Sequence record: EU863409 | Source of the DNA: Escherichia phage JS10 | DNA length: 64,000 nucleotides | Reading direction: 5' to 3' (one strand) | Shown here: in pieces, positions 43,141-53,384 of the stretch | Numbering within the stretch: the stretch's first letter is position 1 | Layout: the number at the start of each line of letters is the position of its first letter | Program-made: the position numbers and the translations under genes | The notes under the pieces: model-generated | The model's input: the letters and a program-made list of their open reading frames with translations, nothing else | What the model was told of the DNA's origin: nothing | Databases searched by the model: none

Positions 43141-44882
43141 TGATTAACATGTCTGATAATTTAAGTTGGTTCGTCGGTGTAGTTGAAGACCGAATGGACC
43201 CACTCAAACAGGGCCGAGTACGCGTACGCGTCTGGGGTATGCATCCATATGAAAAAGTACAAGGTCCTGTAAAAGGCCTTCGTACAGAAGATTTACCATG
43301 GATGTCGGTATTAATGCCTACATCTTCTGCCTCTGTTTCAGGTATCCAAACCGCTATGACTGGTATGGTCCCTGGTACACAAGTTTACGGACACTTTCTT
43401 GATAAGTGGAAATTAAACGGGCTTGTCCTCGGCACATATGGTTCAGCTTCAAAACAAAAGGCGAATCCAAACGAAGGTTTTAGTGACCCAACAGGACAGT
43501 ATCCGCTTTATTTAGGTAATGATGCCGCTGCACTAAACCGAGGTGGTGAAGTTGGGTATGATGCCACTTCTAACGTAATACAAGATGCAAACACTGATGT
43601 AGGTATTAATCCGGATGGATTAGATTTAAGCCAAGTTAAGCCTGATGATAATCCTAATTTCACAATAGAAAACATGCTTCATCGTGATGAAGGGCTTAGA
43701 CTGAAGGTATATTGGGATACCGAAGGATACCCTACTATTGGTATAGGTCACCTTATTACACCACAACCTATTAGAGATATGAATCAGATAAACAAAATAT
43801 TATCTAATCAAATAGGCCGAGAAGTTAAAGGTAACCCTGGTGCAATATCAATGGACGAGGCTTCCAAGTTATTCCAAGAAGACCTTAAAAAAGTTCAAAA
43901 CGATATAGGCAGGCATAGTGTTGTAGGTCCGGTTTACAATAAAGAAAACCGTTCAAGACAAATGGCTCTTGAAAACATGGCTTTCCAAATGGGTTTAGGT
44001 GGACTTGCCAAATTTAAAACGATGCTTGGCGCAATGCTAGTCGGAGATTATAAGAAAGCATTTGATGCCGCTCGTGATTCAGTATGGTTCAACCAAACTA
44101 AAGGCCGAGCATCAAGGGTATCAATGATTATCCTTACGGGTAATATGGAATCATACGGTATTATGGCCCCTAAAGAAAGAGAATTTAAAGGACGTTCGTA
44201 TAGGATGATTCAAACCTTTGCGGCTCCTGCAAATTCTGACCCAGCCGACCCATGGACTCCGGAAGATACAAGGATTCTTTTTAAAGAACCTGATTCTAGT
44301 TATAAAGGCGAATACCCATATGTCCAAACCATGCAAACTGAAGGTGGGCATATCCAAGAATTCGATAACACCCCAGGGCAAGAACGTTACCGATTAATCC
44401 ACCCTACAGGTAGTTACGAAGAAGTCGCTCCTGACGGACGTAAAACTTCTAAGACAGTAGCCGACGGGTATTATATGACCCAAGGCGATTCCAATACTTA
44501 TGTTGGCGGTAATAATAAAGTCAATATAGGTGGCGATGAAACCTATTATAATATGGCAAACGTTCGACGTCAAACTGACGGTTCTGAAAGCATCCATATT
44601 CGTGGTAATGAAACCAAAACAGTAGAAGGCGACGGGACCCTTATTGTTAAAGGAAATGTTACGGTTATTGTTGAAGGCAATGCCGATATAACTGTTAAAG
44701 GTGATGCAAAAACCTTAGTCGAAGGCAATCATGATTATACAGTAAATGGAAATGTTAAGTGGTCGGTAAACGGAAACGTCGATATGACTGTTGCCGGTAA
44801 TTGGTCTGAAACTATGTCGACTATGAGTTCTATTGCGTCCGGTCAATATACTATTGATGGTTCGAGGATTGACATTGGCTAA
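43140..44882 (+). CDS. 5: baseplate hub and tail lysozyme gp5
   Basis: 580 aa; central lysozyme domain (YWDTEGYPTIGIGHLI); C-terminal beta-helix repeats. Confidence 0.9.
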   Translation: MINMSDNLSWFVGVVEDRMDPLKQGRVRVRVWGMHPYEKVQGPVKGLRTEDLPWMSVLMPTSSASVSGIQTAMTGMVPGTQVYGHFLDKWKLNGLVLGTYGSASKQKANPNEGFSDPTGQYPLYLGNDAAALNRGGEVGYDATSNVIQDANTDVGINPDGLDLSQVKPDDNPNFTIENMLHRDEGLRLKVYWDTEGYPTIGIGHLITPQPIRDMNQINKILSNQIGREVKGNPGAISMDEASKLFQEDLKKVQNDIGRHSVVGPVYNKENRSRQMALENMAFQMGLGGLAKFKTMLGAMLVGDYKKAFDAARDSVWFNQTKGRASRVSMIILTGNMESYGIMAPKEREFKGRSYRMIQTFAAPANSDPADPWTPEDTRILFKEPDSSYKGEYPYVQTMQTEGGHIQEFDNTPGQERYRLIHPTGSYEEVAPDGRKTSKTVADGYYMTQGDSNTYVGGNNKVNIGGDETYYNMANVRRQTDGSESIHIRGNETKTVEGDGTLIVKGNVTVIVEGNADITVKGDAKTLVEGNHDYTVNGNVKWSVNGNVDMTVAGNWSETMSTMSSIASGQYTIDGSRIDIG

Positions 44883-44916
44883 TATTTTACCTATGAGCAC
44901 TGATTTAGGAGATTCC

Positions 44917-45414
44917 ATGGAAGGAGCCTCAATCGATGTTACGTTTACCGCTCAATTAGAAACAAACGAAACATTAGTTGAAATAAATATAACAGAATAT
45001 GAGCCAACAGAAGGCATTATTGTCGATGGGGCTCGTTTATACGGAACCTATGAATCGGTATTCGGATTTTCTGAAGATGCTTTAAAATATCGATTAGGTG
45101 ATGAATTTAAAACAGCAGGTTCATGGAAAGATTTACCAGAGGACAAGAGCACTCAATTATACCTCTGGAAAGCCCCTGGTAATCTTCAGAAGACTTTTTC
45201 CTATACCGTCACATTAATCTATGACTTTCAGGAAGAGTCATCAGGAGGTGATACAGGGAGCTCAGGAGGAAGTAATTCTAGAGCCGGTAACGAAACAGAC
45301 CCTCCTCCAGCACCGGTAAGAAAAACTCTTACTAAGGTTTATACCAAGGTTATAGTGGGTAATTGGAGTCGCTGGGGAGACCAATTAAGAGAATATGTAT
45401 ATGCAAGACCATAG
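44917..45414 (+). CDS. 5.1-like hypothetical protein
   Basis: Start at ATG with AGGAG SD; 165 aa. Confidence 0.5.
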   Translation: MEGASIDVTFTAQLETNETLVEINITEYEPTEGIIVDGARLYGTYESVFGFSEDALKYRLGDEFKTAGSWKDLPEDKSTQLYLWKAPGNLQKTFSYTVTLIYDFQEESSGGDTGSSGGSNSRAGNETDPPPAPVRKTLTKVYTKVIVGNWSRWGDQLREYVYARP

Positions 45415-46015
45415 ATACTTTTACCTATATTGCATAACCAATAAATTAAATGGTATGATTTATGTGGGTGTTCATCAAACAGATAATTTAGAAGATGGAT
45501 ATATGGGGTCTGGTAAGGCCCTTAAAGAAGCCCAAGCCGAACTAGGGATGGATAATTTCGACAAACATATTATTAAATTCTTTGGAACCCAGGATGAGTG
45601 TTATTTAGCTGAAAGAGAAATAGTTAACAAATCCTTCGCAAAGTCTTCTTTAACATATAATATAAAGAAAGGAGGCATGGGTGGTTGGATTGTAAGGAAT
45701 GGATATAAACATACCGAAGCTACTAAAGATAAAATGAGAATTTCCGGTAGTGGATGTAATAATGGATTTTATGGAAAGAAACATTCTGAAGAAACTATAA
45801 AAGCTATTGCCGAAGCCAACTCTAAATGGGAAAGAAAGCCAAATCAAAGGGAAAAAATGTCTAAAAAGCATTCAGGCAAAAACAATCCTATGTTTGGTAC
45901 TGTGGCTCCTAATGCAATAACAGTTAAATACAACGGGGAAGAATATACAAGCATTTCTTCTGCGGCAAAAGCAGCAGGATTATCCACTTCAACATTTAGA
46001 AGAAGGTATCTATAA
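45395..46015 (+). CDS. GIY-YIG homing endonuclease (Seg-like)
   Basis: N-terminal [25 protein letters not shown] motif followed by repeated NUMOD-like G(Y/K)KHSEET modules. Confidence 0.75.
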   Translation: MYMQDHRYFYLYCITNKLNGMIYVGVHQTDNLEDGYMGSGKALKEAQAELGMDNFDKHIIKFFGTQDECYLAEREIVNKSFAKSSLTYNIKKGGMGGWIVRNGYKHTEATKDKMRISGSGCNNGFYGKKHSEETIKAIAEANSKWERKPNQREKMSKKHSGKNNPMFGTVAPNAITVKYNGEEYTSISSAAKAAGLSTSTFRRRYL

Positions 46016-46308
46016 TGTCGGGCTTAAGTTATAATCAATGCGTAACAGCAGGTCATGAAGCATGGCCTCCTACAGTAATAAATGCCACCCAGGGTAAAGT
46101 ATTTACAGGCGGCATTCCTGTATTAGTCGATGGGGACCCAATAACTCCTCATACAGAAATTAAAAAACCATATGAAACCCACGGTGGGGTAACCCAACCT
46201 AGAACATCAAAGGTATATGTTACAGGCAAAAAGGCTGTCCAAATGGCAGACCCTATTTCGTGCGGAGATACAGTCGCACAAGCCTCATCTAAAGTATTCA
46301 TAAAATAG
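46015..46308 (+). CDS. 5.4: baseplate spike tip PAAR-like protein gp5.4
   Basis: 97 aa, size and position match T4 gp5.4. Confidence 0.8.
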   Translation: MSGLSYNQCVTAGHEAWPPTVINATQGKVFTGGIPVLVDGDPITPHTEIKKPYETHGGVTQPRTSKVYVTGKKAVQMADPISCGDTVAQASSKVFIK

Positions 46309-46316
46309 GAATTAAA

Positions 46317-48275
46317 ATGGCTACTCCTACGAATTACCAATTAACAAGAACCGTTAACGCTATCCCAAAAGTATTTGTGGGAGCTACGTTTGAAGAAATT
46401 AAAAAGAATATTATCGATTGGCTTTCCAGCCAGGAAGAATTTAAGGATTACGATTTCGTTGGTTCTCGAATGAATATCCTTATTGATATGCTTGCTTATA
46501 ATACTCTTTATATACAGCAATTTGCTAACACAGCTTTATACGAGTCTTTTATAGGAACAGCAAACCTTCGTTCTTCGGTTGTCCAAGCTGCACAAGATAA
46601 CGGATACCTTCCTAGTTCTAAATCCGCGGCAAAAACAAGTATTATGTTGACCTGTACTCAGGCCCTGAATGAAAAGAATATTCGTATCCCACGTGGTACT
46701 AAATTCTTGGCCTATGCTCGTGATACTTCAGCAGACCCGTATGCTTTTGTTACCACGGAAAACGTTATTGCCGTACGTGATGTTAATAACCAATATCTCC
46801 CTATTGTATCTTTAGCACAAGGTCGTATTATTCGTACTGAACTTAAGTATGACCCTAAAACCCCTATTCTTATTCGTGACCCAGATATCGATAGACAAGA
46901 AGTCAAACTTTATGTCGATGGTGCAGAATGGACTAACTGGACTAATAAATCCATGGTTCATGCTGGTAGTACATCAACCATTTACTATATGCGTGAAACC
47001 GTAGATGGTAATACCGAATTCTTCTTTGGTGAAGGCGTTGCCGAAAAATCAGTTGCGGGCGGTGTATTAGAAGCTAACTATATTGGTGGTTTAAAACCTG
47101 TTAAAGATGCTACCATTGTTATAGAATATCTTCGTACCGATGGTGAAGTTGCTAACGGCGCAGTGGACTTTAGTTATGCGGATTCTTTGGCATATATTAC
47201 GGTTGAAAAAATTACAGAAAACTATGATGGGAATCCGGATTATGTAGGTGCTGATGGTGGTGGTGACCCTGAAGATATCGAACGTATTCGTGAACTGGCT
47301 GTAGTTAAACGCGAAGCCCAGATGCGTGCCGTAACTGGTACGGATTATGATACATTCGTTTCAGAGCGATTTGGTTCTATTGTACAAGCAGTACAAACCT
47401 TTACGGACCCAAATAAACCAGGTTACGCCTTTGTTACTATTAAACCTAAATCAGGATTGTATTTGACTGCGGTTCAACGTGAAGATATCCAAAATTATCT
47501 TTCAGAATTTAACTTGGCGCCTATTACTCCTTCGGTTATTTCTCCAGACTACTTGTTCTTAAAGCATAAAATTAAGGTTTCATATGCACTGAACAAATTA
47601 CAGGAATCCGAACAATGGCTAACGGCTCAAATCCTTTCTCAAATAGACCGTTATTATATTAACGAAGTTGAAATATTCAACCACGGATTTGCCAAGTCTA
47701 AAATGCTGACTTATATTGATAATGCAGACCACAGTATCCTTGGCTCTTCGGCTACGGTAACAATGGTTCGCGAGGTATTAAACTTCTTCAAAACACCTGA
47801 AGCGGGTATTAAATACTATAATCAATACACCAACCGTTCTGTAACTTCTAGTGAATTTGAGTTCGTCCCAACAAACGTATCGGATGATATTAAATCTTAT
47901 AACGTACGTATTGTTGCCACAGATAAAGACGAACGAGGCGATGGTAAAATGGTTATAGGTCCTTTCCGTCCAGGTGATGTAATTGAAAACCAATACATCC
48001 AACCTTATACCGGAGATGACTTCGATAAAATGGCAGCTCCTGCAGACCAATCAGTCTACTATGTTATTGGCGAAATTGATTATTACTCAGACTTTATTTT
48101 CTGGGATATCGCCGCAATAGGCCTTACTTCTGACCGTTTTGAAGTCCAGTCTATTGAACTTTATGCAGGGCCAGACCAAGACAACATCTTTACCAAAGAC
48201 GGTTCTCTAATCGTATTTGAAGATGACCTTCGTCCTCAGTACACAACTATAGAGTTGGAACCAATTACAATATAA
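46317..48275 (+). CDS. 6: baseplate wedge protein gp6
   Basis: 652 aa; T4 order. Confidence 0.85.
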   Translation: MATPTNYQLTRTVNAIPKVFVGATFEEIKKNIIDWLSSQEEFKDYDFVGSRMNILIDMLAYNTLYIQQFANTALYESFIGTANLRSSVVQAAQDNGYLPSSKSAAKTSIMLTCTQALNEKNIRIPRGTKFLAYARDTSADPYAFVTTENVIAVRDVNNQYLPIVSLAQGRIIRTELKYDPKTPILIRDPDIDRQEVKLYVDGAEWTNWTNKSMVHAGSTSTIYYMRETVDGNTEFFFGEGVAEKSVAGGVLEANYIGGLKPVKDATIVIEYLRTDGEVANGAVDFSYADSLAYITVEKITENYDGNPDYVGADGGGDPEDIERIRELAVVKREAQMRAVTGTDYDTFVSERFGSIVQAVQTFTDPNKPGYAFVTIKPKSGLYLTAVQREDIQNYLSEFNLAPITPSVISPDYLFLKHKIKVSYALNKLQESEQWLTAQILSQIDRYYINEVEIFNHGFAKSKMLTYIDNADHSILGSSATVTMVREVLNFFKTPEAGIKYYNQYTNRSVTSSEFEFVPTNVSDDIKSYNVRIVATDKDERGDGKMVIGPFRPGDVIENQYIQPYTGDDFDKMAAPADQSVYYVIGEIDYYSDFIFWDIAAIGLTSDRFEVQSIELYAGPDQDNIFTKDGSLIVFEDDLRPQYTTIELEPITI

Positions 48276-48302
48276 GCCTCTTCGGAGGTTTAAGGAGATT
48301 TA

Positions 48303-51300
48303 ATGTCTGTACAAGCGCCTTATGTTACTAGTCTGAGAATTGATAAGCTCTCGGCTAACCATGTGAGCATTCTTTGGGATGACGTAGGCGCCAACTTCTA
48401 TTATTTCGTAGAACTGGCCCAAACGAAGGATGCGGGTGTAGAAATTCCCGACGATAGATTATTTTGGAGAAATTTAGGTTACACCCCTAATAACGAATGG
48501 TTTGAAGAGGCATTCATTTCTCCTAATTCATTTTATAAAATGCGAGTTGCGGTCGCTGCTCAGGGGTTTGAGCAGTCTGAGTGGGTTTACACTGAAGAAT
48601 TTGAAACTTTCTCTACCAACGCATATACATTTGAGCATATGCGTGAATTCACATTGTCTAATAAATTTATTGAAGAAAAATTCACAAAAAATAATCAGAA
48701 TTATGTGAACTTTAATACCGATGCCATTATGGCTTCCTTAATGACGGAAGATTTTAACTTTACGCCGGCGTATTCGCATTTGTCATCTATATCAAATTAT
48801 GTTTTAAAAGCCGACCGATTCCATGAAATCCAAGGAAGCATTCAAGCAGTTTGTAAAGACCCTAGACGTTCTATTTTAATGGAACTTGGTGGAGTTCTGT
48901 ATCTTTTAGAAAGATTCCAAAGCACAGCTAAAGTTTCTAATGATAAAGGACAAAACTGGCACTATATTAGATTGTTTAACGATAGAGTGGGTAATCCGGT
49001 ATCTAGAACGGCTCATTACCAAACAGAAACTACTACATACGTACTAGGTTATGACCAAATATTTTACGGGCGTAAATCAAGTGATATTAGATGGTCTGCT
49101 GATGACGTTCGCTTTAGTTCTCAGGACGTAACATTTGCTAAAATCGGTAGTGATATAGACCTTCCGTTTGAAATAGAAATATTTGGGTCATACGCAAAAC
49201 TCCCATTGCCTATTTCCACTATCGCCGAAGCTATGTGTGCTTCTGACGATTTCATTTATGTTGCGGGTAGAGACAGAGTTTATAAAGCAAAAACATCCGA
49301 GGCCCCTATAGACACCGACCCTAGCTCACCAACTTACGGCGAGAAGATATTTGAAAGCGGATATTCAACTATCACAGGGAACCCTAAAGCTGTTTGTTAT
49401 AAATTAGATTCTATTCAAGGGCATACGTTTGCTTTAATTACAGGTGAAGTTAAAGAAGAAAAAATGGACCCTACAGTAGAGGCTAACGTAATTGATTCTG
49501 AATCTAAAGGTGTCTATTGGTTGGATGTAGAAACAGATACTTGGACTCGTGTATTCGGAAATACTGAAGAAGAACGTCGTCGTATAGAGCATGGATATAC
49601 TAGCATGTCTACAGATGGTGAAGAATTATTTTTCAGTTCAAGCAACTTTAGATACGAAGTAGAGGTTGATTCTGAACTTCCTTGGAAATATCCTGAAATT
49701 GTTACTTCGGCCGTTAAATACGTTAAAGACGAACAGTGGATTCATAATAAGCATTATTTGATGATGAGCTTTAGGTCTAACTCTAAATCAGATTTTAAAG
49801 AATTTAAACCAGGTCGTATGGCTTATTATGCTGAACCATTCTTCAGTTGGTCACGTCGTGATGGAACCCGTTCTTGGATTACTACAGGTGACCATGCGAT
49901 GGTTGTTTATAACGATGCTTTGTATCAGAAAATAATCGACCTTAATAGTGGTTCATCGCCGGAACGTATTGTTCACGAGATTTGGAATAAAGGATTTTGC
50001 AAAGTTACATCCCCTAATATCGAATTTAATGGCTTTAAAAAATATTCCTCTGGTATGATGATTCACAAATCTACCGGTGAATTAGTTGGTTATTTTGAAT
50101 TCGACTATCGTGTGCGTGATGAAGTCCGTGTTATTTGGAAGCCTAAAGAAATTATGTTTACGGCAGAGCTCCAAAACCAAGAGCATGAAATTCCATGGGC
50201 CCCTAAAGAAGAGACCGGCGAACAAGACCCTGATTTGAAACCGTTATTGGTCAAAATGGTTCCGGATAGTTATTTACTCCAAGATTCCAATTTTGAAAAA
50301 TTCTGCGAATATTATCTACAGTTTATTAGTGATGGTTCCGGCACTCATTATAATAATTTGTTAAACCTTATTCGTAATCAGTATCCTCGTGAAGAAGACT
50401 CATGGGAATACCTATGGTCTGAAATTTATAAACGTAATATCTATTTGTCAAAAGAAAAACGCGACGAAGTTGTTAGATTTTTCCAAGCTCGTCAGTCTGA
50501 TTTTTGGTCAACTAAAGGTACTGAAGCTTCATATAAATTCCTGTTTAAATTGCTTTATAATGAAGATGTCGAAATTGATATCGAGTCCAAGAACTCTATC
50601 GAATATGATATCATCGTAGAATCCGACAATATCAGTGAAGATATCGTAGGCCAAACGATTTATACTCCTACAGGAAGAAGTAATGTTACTTATATAGAAC
50701 GAAATTACAAAGATGGTAAATTGCAATGGCGTTTAACCATTCATAATCTTTTGGGTCGTTTTATAGTCGGTCAGGAAATCAAATCTGAACGTACTTCATT
50801 TAAGGGTATGATTGTTCAAGGTGTTCGCGGCAAAGAGCTTTTGAGTAACAATATCGATTATATCAACCGTAACCGTTCTTACTATGTGATGACTATTAAG
50901 TCTAATCTCCCGACCTCTCGTTATCGCAATGACGTTTTGAGATTTGTTCACCCGGTAGGTTTCGGCTTTATAGGTATAACTTTGCTTTCTATGTTTGTTA
51001 ACGTTGGTTTAACACTAAAACATACAGAAACCATTATTAATATCCTTAAGAACTATAAATGGGACTCAGGTTTGCCATCTGAATGGTATGATAGAGTTGC
51101 TGTAATAGGTTTTGATGGTAATATAGAACGAGACCCTCGTACAGGTGCTCCGATGTACAACGTTGGACCTAAAGCAGGTGAGCCATTTGATATTCCTGCC
51201 GATTATGATGCAGAAAATGATTTCTCTGTATTCCAAGGTCAATTACCACACGAACGTATTAAAAAGCATAGTCCATTGTTTGACCAAAGTGCTGTGACTT

Positions 51301-51398
51301 TTGCCAATTGGCGTGCACTGGTTGATAAGCGTCTTAAAGACGATATTGGAAATCCTAGAGACCCTAAAGTTCCAACTCAGGTAAAAATTAATGATTAA
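48303..51398 (+). CDS. 7: baseplate wedge protein gp7
   Basis: 1031 aa; T4 order and size. Confidence 0.85.
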   Translation: MSVQAPYVTSLRIDKLSANHVSILWDDVGANFYYFVELAQTKDAGVEIPDDRLFWRNLGYTPNNEWFEEAFISPNSFYKMRVAVAAQGFEQSEWVYTEEFETFSTNAYTFEHMREFTLSNKFIEEKFTKNNQNYVNFNTDAIMASLMTEDFNFTPAYSHLSSISNYVLKADRFHEIQGSIQAVCKDPRRSILMELGGVLYLLERFQSTAKVSNDKGQNWHYIRLFNDRVGNPVSRTAHYQTETTTYVLGYDQIFYGRKSSDIRWSADDVRFSSQDVTFAKIGSDIDLPFEIEIFGSYAKLPLPISTIAEAMCASDDFIYVAGRDRVYKAKTSEAPIDTDPSSPTYGEKIFESGYSTITGNPKAVCYKLDSIQGHTFALITGEVKEEKMDPTVEANVIDSESKGVYWLDVETDTWTRVFGNTEEERRRIEHGYTSMSTDGEELFFSSSNFRYEVEVDSELPWKYPEIVTSAVKYVKDEQWIHNKHYLMMSFRSNSKSDFKEFKPGRMAYYAEPFFSWSRRDGTRSWITTGDHAMVVYNDALYQKIIDLNSGSSPERIVHEIWNKGFCKVTSPNIEFNGFKKYSSGMMIHKSTGELVGYFEFDYRVRDEVRVIWKPKEIMFTAELQNQEHEIPWAPKEETGEQDPDLKPLLVKMVPDSYLLQDSNFEKFCEYYLQFISDGSGTHYNNLLNLIRNQYPREEDSWEYLWSEIYKRNIYLSKEKRDEVVRFFQARQSDFWSTKGTEASYKFLFKLLYNEDVEIDIESKNSIEYDIIVESDNISEDIVGQTIYTPTGRSNVTYIERNYKDGKLQWRLTIHNLLGRFIVGQEIKSERTSFKGMIVQGVRGKELLSNNIDYINRNRSYYVMTIKSNLPTSRYRNDVLRFVHPVGFGFIGITLLSMFVNVGLTLKHTETIINILKNYKWDSGLPSEWYDRVAVIGFDGNIERDPRTGAPMYNVGPKAGEPFDIPADYDAENDFSVFQGQLPHERIKKHSPLFDQSAVTFANWRALVDKRLKDDIGNPRDPKVPTQVKIND

Positions 51399-52395
51399 TT
51401 CTACAGTAGTTTATCGTTCTATTGTTACTTCAAAATTTAGAACGGAAAAAATGTATAACTTTTACAGAACAATAGGTGACGGTGAAGACCAGAACACTAT
51501 GTATGTATCTTTCGGAAGGGCCCGACCGTGGGCCGATAACGAAAATGACCCTGGTTTTGCGCCACCCTATCCTGTAGATGATTCTGAAGGCGTAGAAGAC
51601 GTCTGGACCAACATGATGGGTTGTGTTAAGGTTTATAAGAGTATGCTGGATTGTGTTGTCCCACGCAAAGACTGGGGTGACACAACTTATCCTAACCCAT
51701 TTACTTTCCAGATCGGTGAAATTGTAGTAGCGAATAGCCAGCCACAAAACCGTACTGATGTAGGTGCTGGGTGGATGGTTTATCGTTGTGTAGATATTCC
51801 TGAATCAGGTACATGTTCTATTTTGTCCCTTGATAATAAAACCGAGTGTATTAAACTTGGTGGCAAATGGACTTCAAATGTGCAATCAGTTAAAGCCCCG
51901 GCAGGACAGGGTGATACGGAAGGTATGGTGGATACCGGTGATGGATATCTCTGGGAATATTTGTATGAGATTCCACCTGATGTAAGTATTAACCGATGCA
52001 CTAATGAATATATTGTAGTTCCATGGCCAGAAGAAATTGCTGAGGACCCAGAACGTTGGGGATACGAGAATAACCTCACTTGGCAACAAGACGATTATGG
52101 ATTAATTTACCGTATTAAAGCCAATACTATTCGCTTTAAAGCATTCTTAGATTCGGTTTATTTCCCTGAATTTAGTTTGCCAGGCAACAAAGGTTTTAGA
52201 CAGCTTTCGATAATTTCTAACCCGTTAGAAGCTAAAGCTCACCCATCCGATCCGATCATTAAAGCCGAAAAAGAGTACTATGATGTTATAGACCTCTCCC
52301 GCCACTCCGGTGAAATGATTTATATGGAAAACCGTCCTCCGGTTATTCGTTCCATGGACCAAACAGAAGAAATTAACATTGTCTTCGAATTCTAA
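51391..52395 (+). CDS. 8: baseplate wedge protein gp8
   Basis: 334 aa resembling T4 gp8 throughout. Confidence 0.9.
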   Translation: MINSTVVYRSIVTSKFRTEKMYNFYRTIGDGEDQNTMYVSFGRARPWADNENDPGFAPPYPVDDSEGVEDVWTNMMGCVKVYKSMLDCVVPRKDWGDTTYPNPFTFQIGEIVVANSQPQNRTDVGAGWMVYRCVDIPESGTCSILSLDNKTECIKLGGKWTSNVQSVKAPAGQGDTEGMVDTGDGYLWEYLYEIPPDVSINRCTNEYIVVPWPEEIAEDPERWGYENNLTWQQDDYGLIYRIKANTIRFKAFLDSVYFPEFSLPGNKGFRQLSIISNPLEAKAHPSDPIIKAEKEYYDVIDLSRHSGEMIYMENRPPVIRSMDQTEEINIVFEF

Positions 52396-52398
52396 TAA

Positions 52399-52420
52399 GG
52401 GCCGCAAGGCCCTTTCGGGG
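52399..52420 (+). terminator. weak terminator/attenuator-like hairpin after gene 8
   Basis: GGGCC-GCAA-GGCCC then TTTC; short U tract. Confidence 0.3.
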
Positions 52421-52489
52421 GTATCATTATCCTTTAAGCGGGAGACTTTGGAGCATCTATTTATAATAGTGCAAAGGTGTTATTACTAT

Positions 52490-52497
52490 TATAAATA
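52490..52497 (+). promoter_or_regulatory. T4-type late promoter (TATAAATA) for gene 9
   Basis: Exact TATAAATA in the gp8-gp9 intergenic region. Confidence 0.55.
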
Positions 52498-52523
52498 CAC
52501 TATATCAATAATGAGGCATACCT

Positions 52524-53384
52524 ATGATTAAGCAAACTGGTAAAGAACTAATTGACGTCGGTGAAATTGGTAATGCCAGCACCGGCGACATTCTTTATGA
52601 CGGCGGTGTTAAACTGAACACTGACTTAAACAACATCTATAATACTTTCGGCGACCAACGTAAAACCGCTTTAACCGGCGAATTGACCGGCCAGAAATTA
52701 CACGCTACAGGCTATTATCAAAAATTTGGTGATATGGACCAAGCAAGCTCGGTTGATTTAGGCTCTTTGGTGGATATTGATGCTTCTAGCGGTTCTATCG
52801 TATTAACCACTGTAAAGGGTGCAGTTGGTGAAGGAATTGAGATTATCAACTCTAACGGAAGTATTTCATCTACCAACTATCTTGAAATCCGTATATTAGA
52901 TACTTTTGCAAGCCATCCTACTTCGACCCTGCGTATTGTAACACCTTATACCAGAGTTCTTTTATGGTGTGTATCGGATACAAACGGTGTTGCGGTATGG
53001 GATTATTCAATTGAAAGCATGTTTGGTGATAAACGAGTTCCATTAAATAAGACATATAATATATCTTCTGTCGCTCGTGATATCCCGGTGGTTTATTCAG
53101 GTCAATATTCATTGGTCAAACTTTTAGTTACTGCAGTGAATGCCAACGAAACCATTTACAAAGCTTCAGAATATCTTGTGTTTATCGACAACCAAGCTAA
53201 AAAGATTTATTCCACTGAATACGCAGTTATTAAACGTGGACAAACTTCAGATGATGACGAAATTTATTCTCTAGATTTTAAATTCGATACATCAAACTAT
53301 ATTATCGCGACCGCTTCTTCTGTCAATCCTATGAGGCTTGCAATTAAGGTCGTAGAAACCCAAACTATTGGAGTTCCAGTATAA
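52524..53384 (+). CDS. 9: baseplate wedge / long-tail-fibre attachment protein gp9
   Basis: 286 aa; TATAAATA late promoter upstream; T4 order. Confidence 0.8.
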   Translation: MIKQTGKELIDVGEIGNASTGDILYDGGVKLNTDLNNIYNTFGDQRKTALTGELTGQKLHATGYYQKFGDMDQASSVDLGSLVDIDASSGSIVLTTVKGAVGEGIEIINSNGSISSTNYLEIRILDTFASHPTSTLRIVTPYTRVLLWCVSDTNGVAVWDYSIESMFGDKRVPLNKTYNISSVARDIPVVYSGQYSLVKLLVTAVNANETIYKASEYLVFIDNQAKKIYSTEYAVIKRGQTSDDDEIYSLDFKFDTSNYIIATASSVNPMRLAIKVVETQTIGVPV

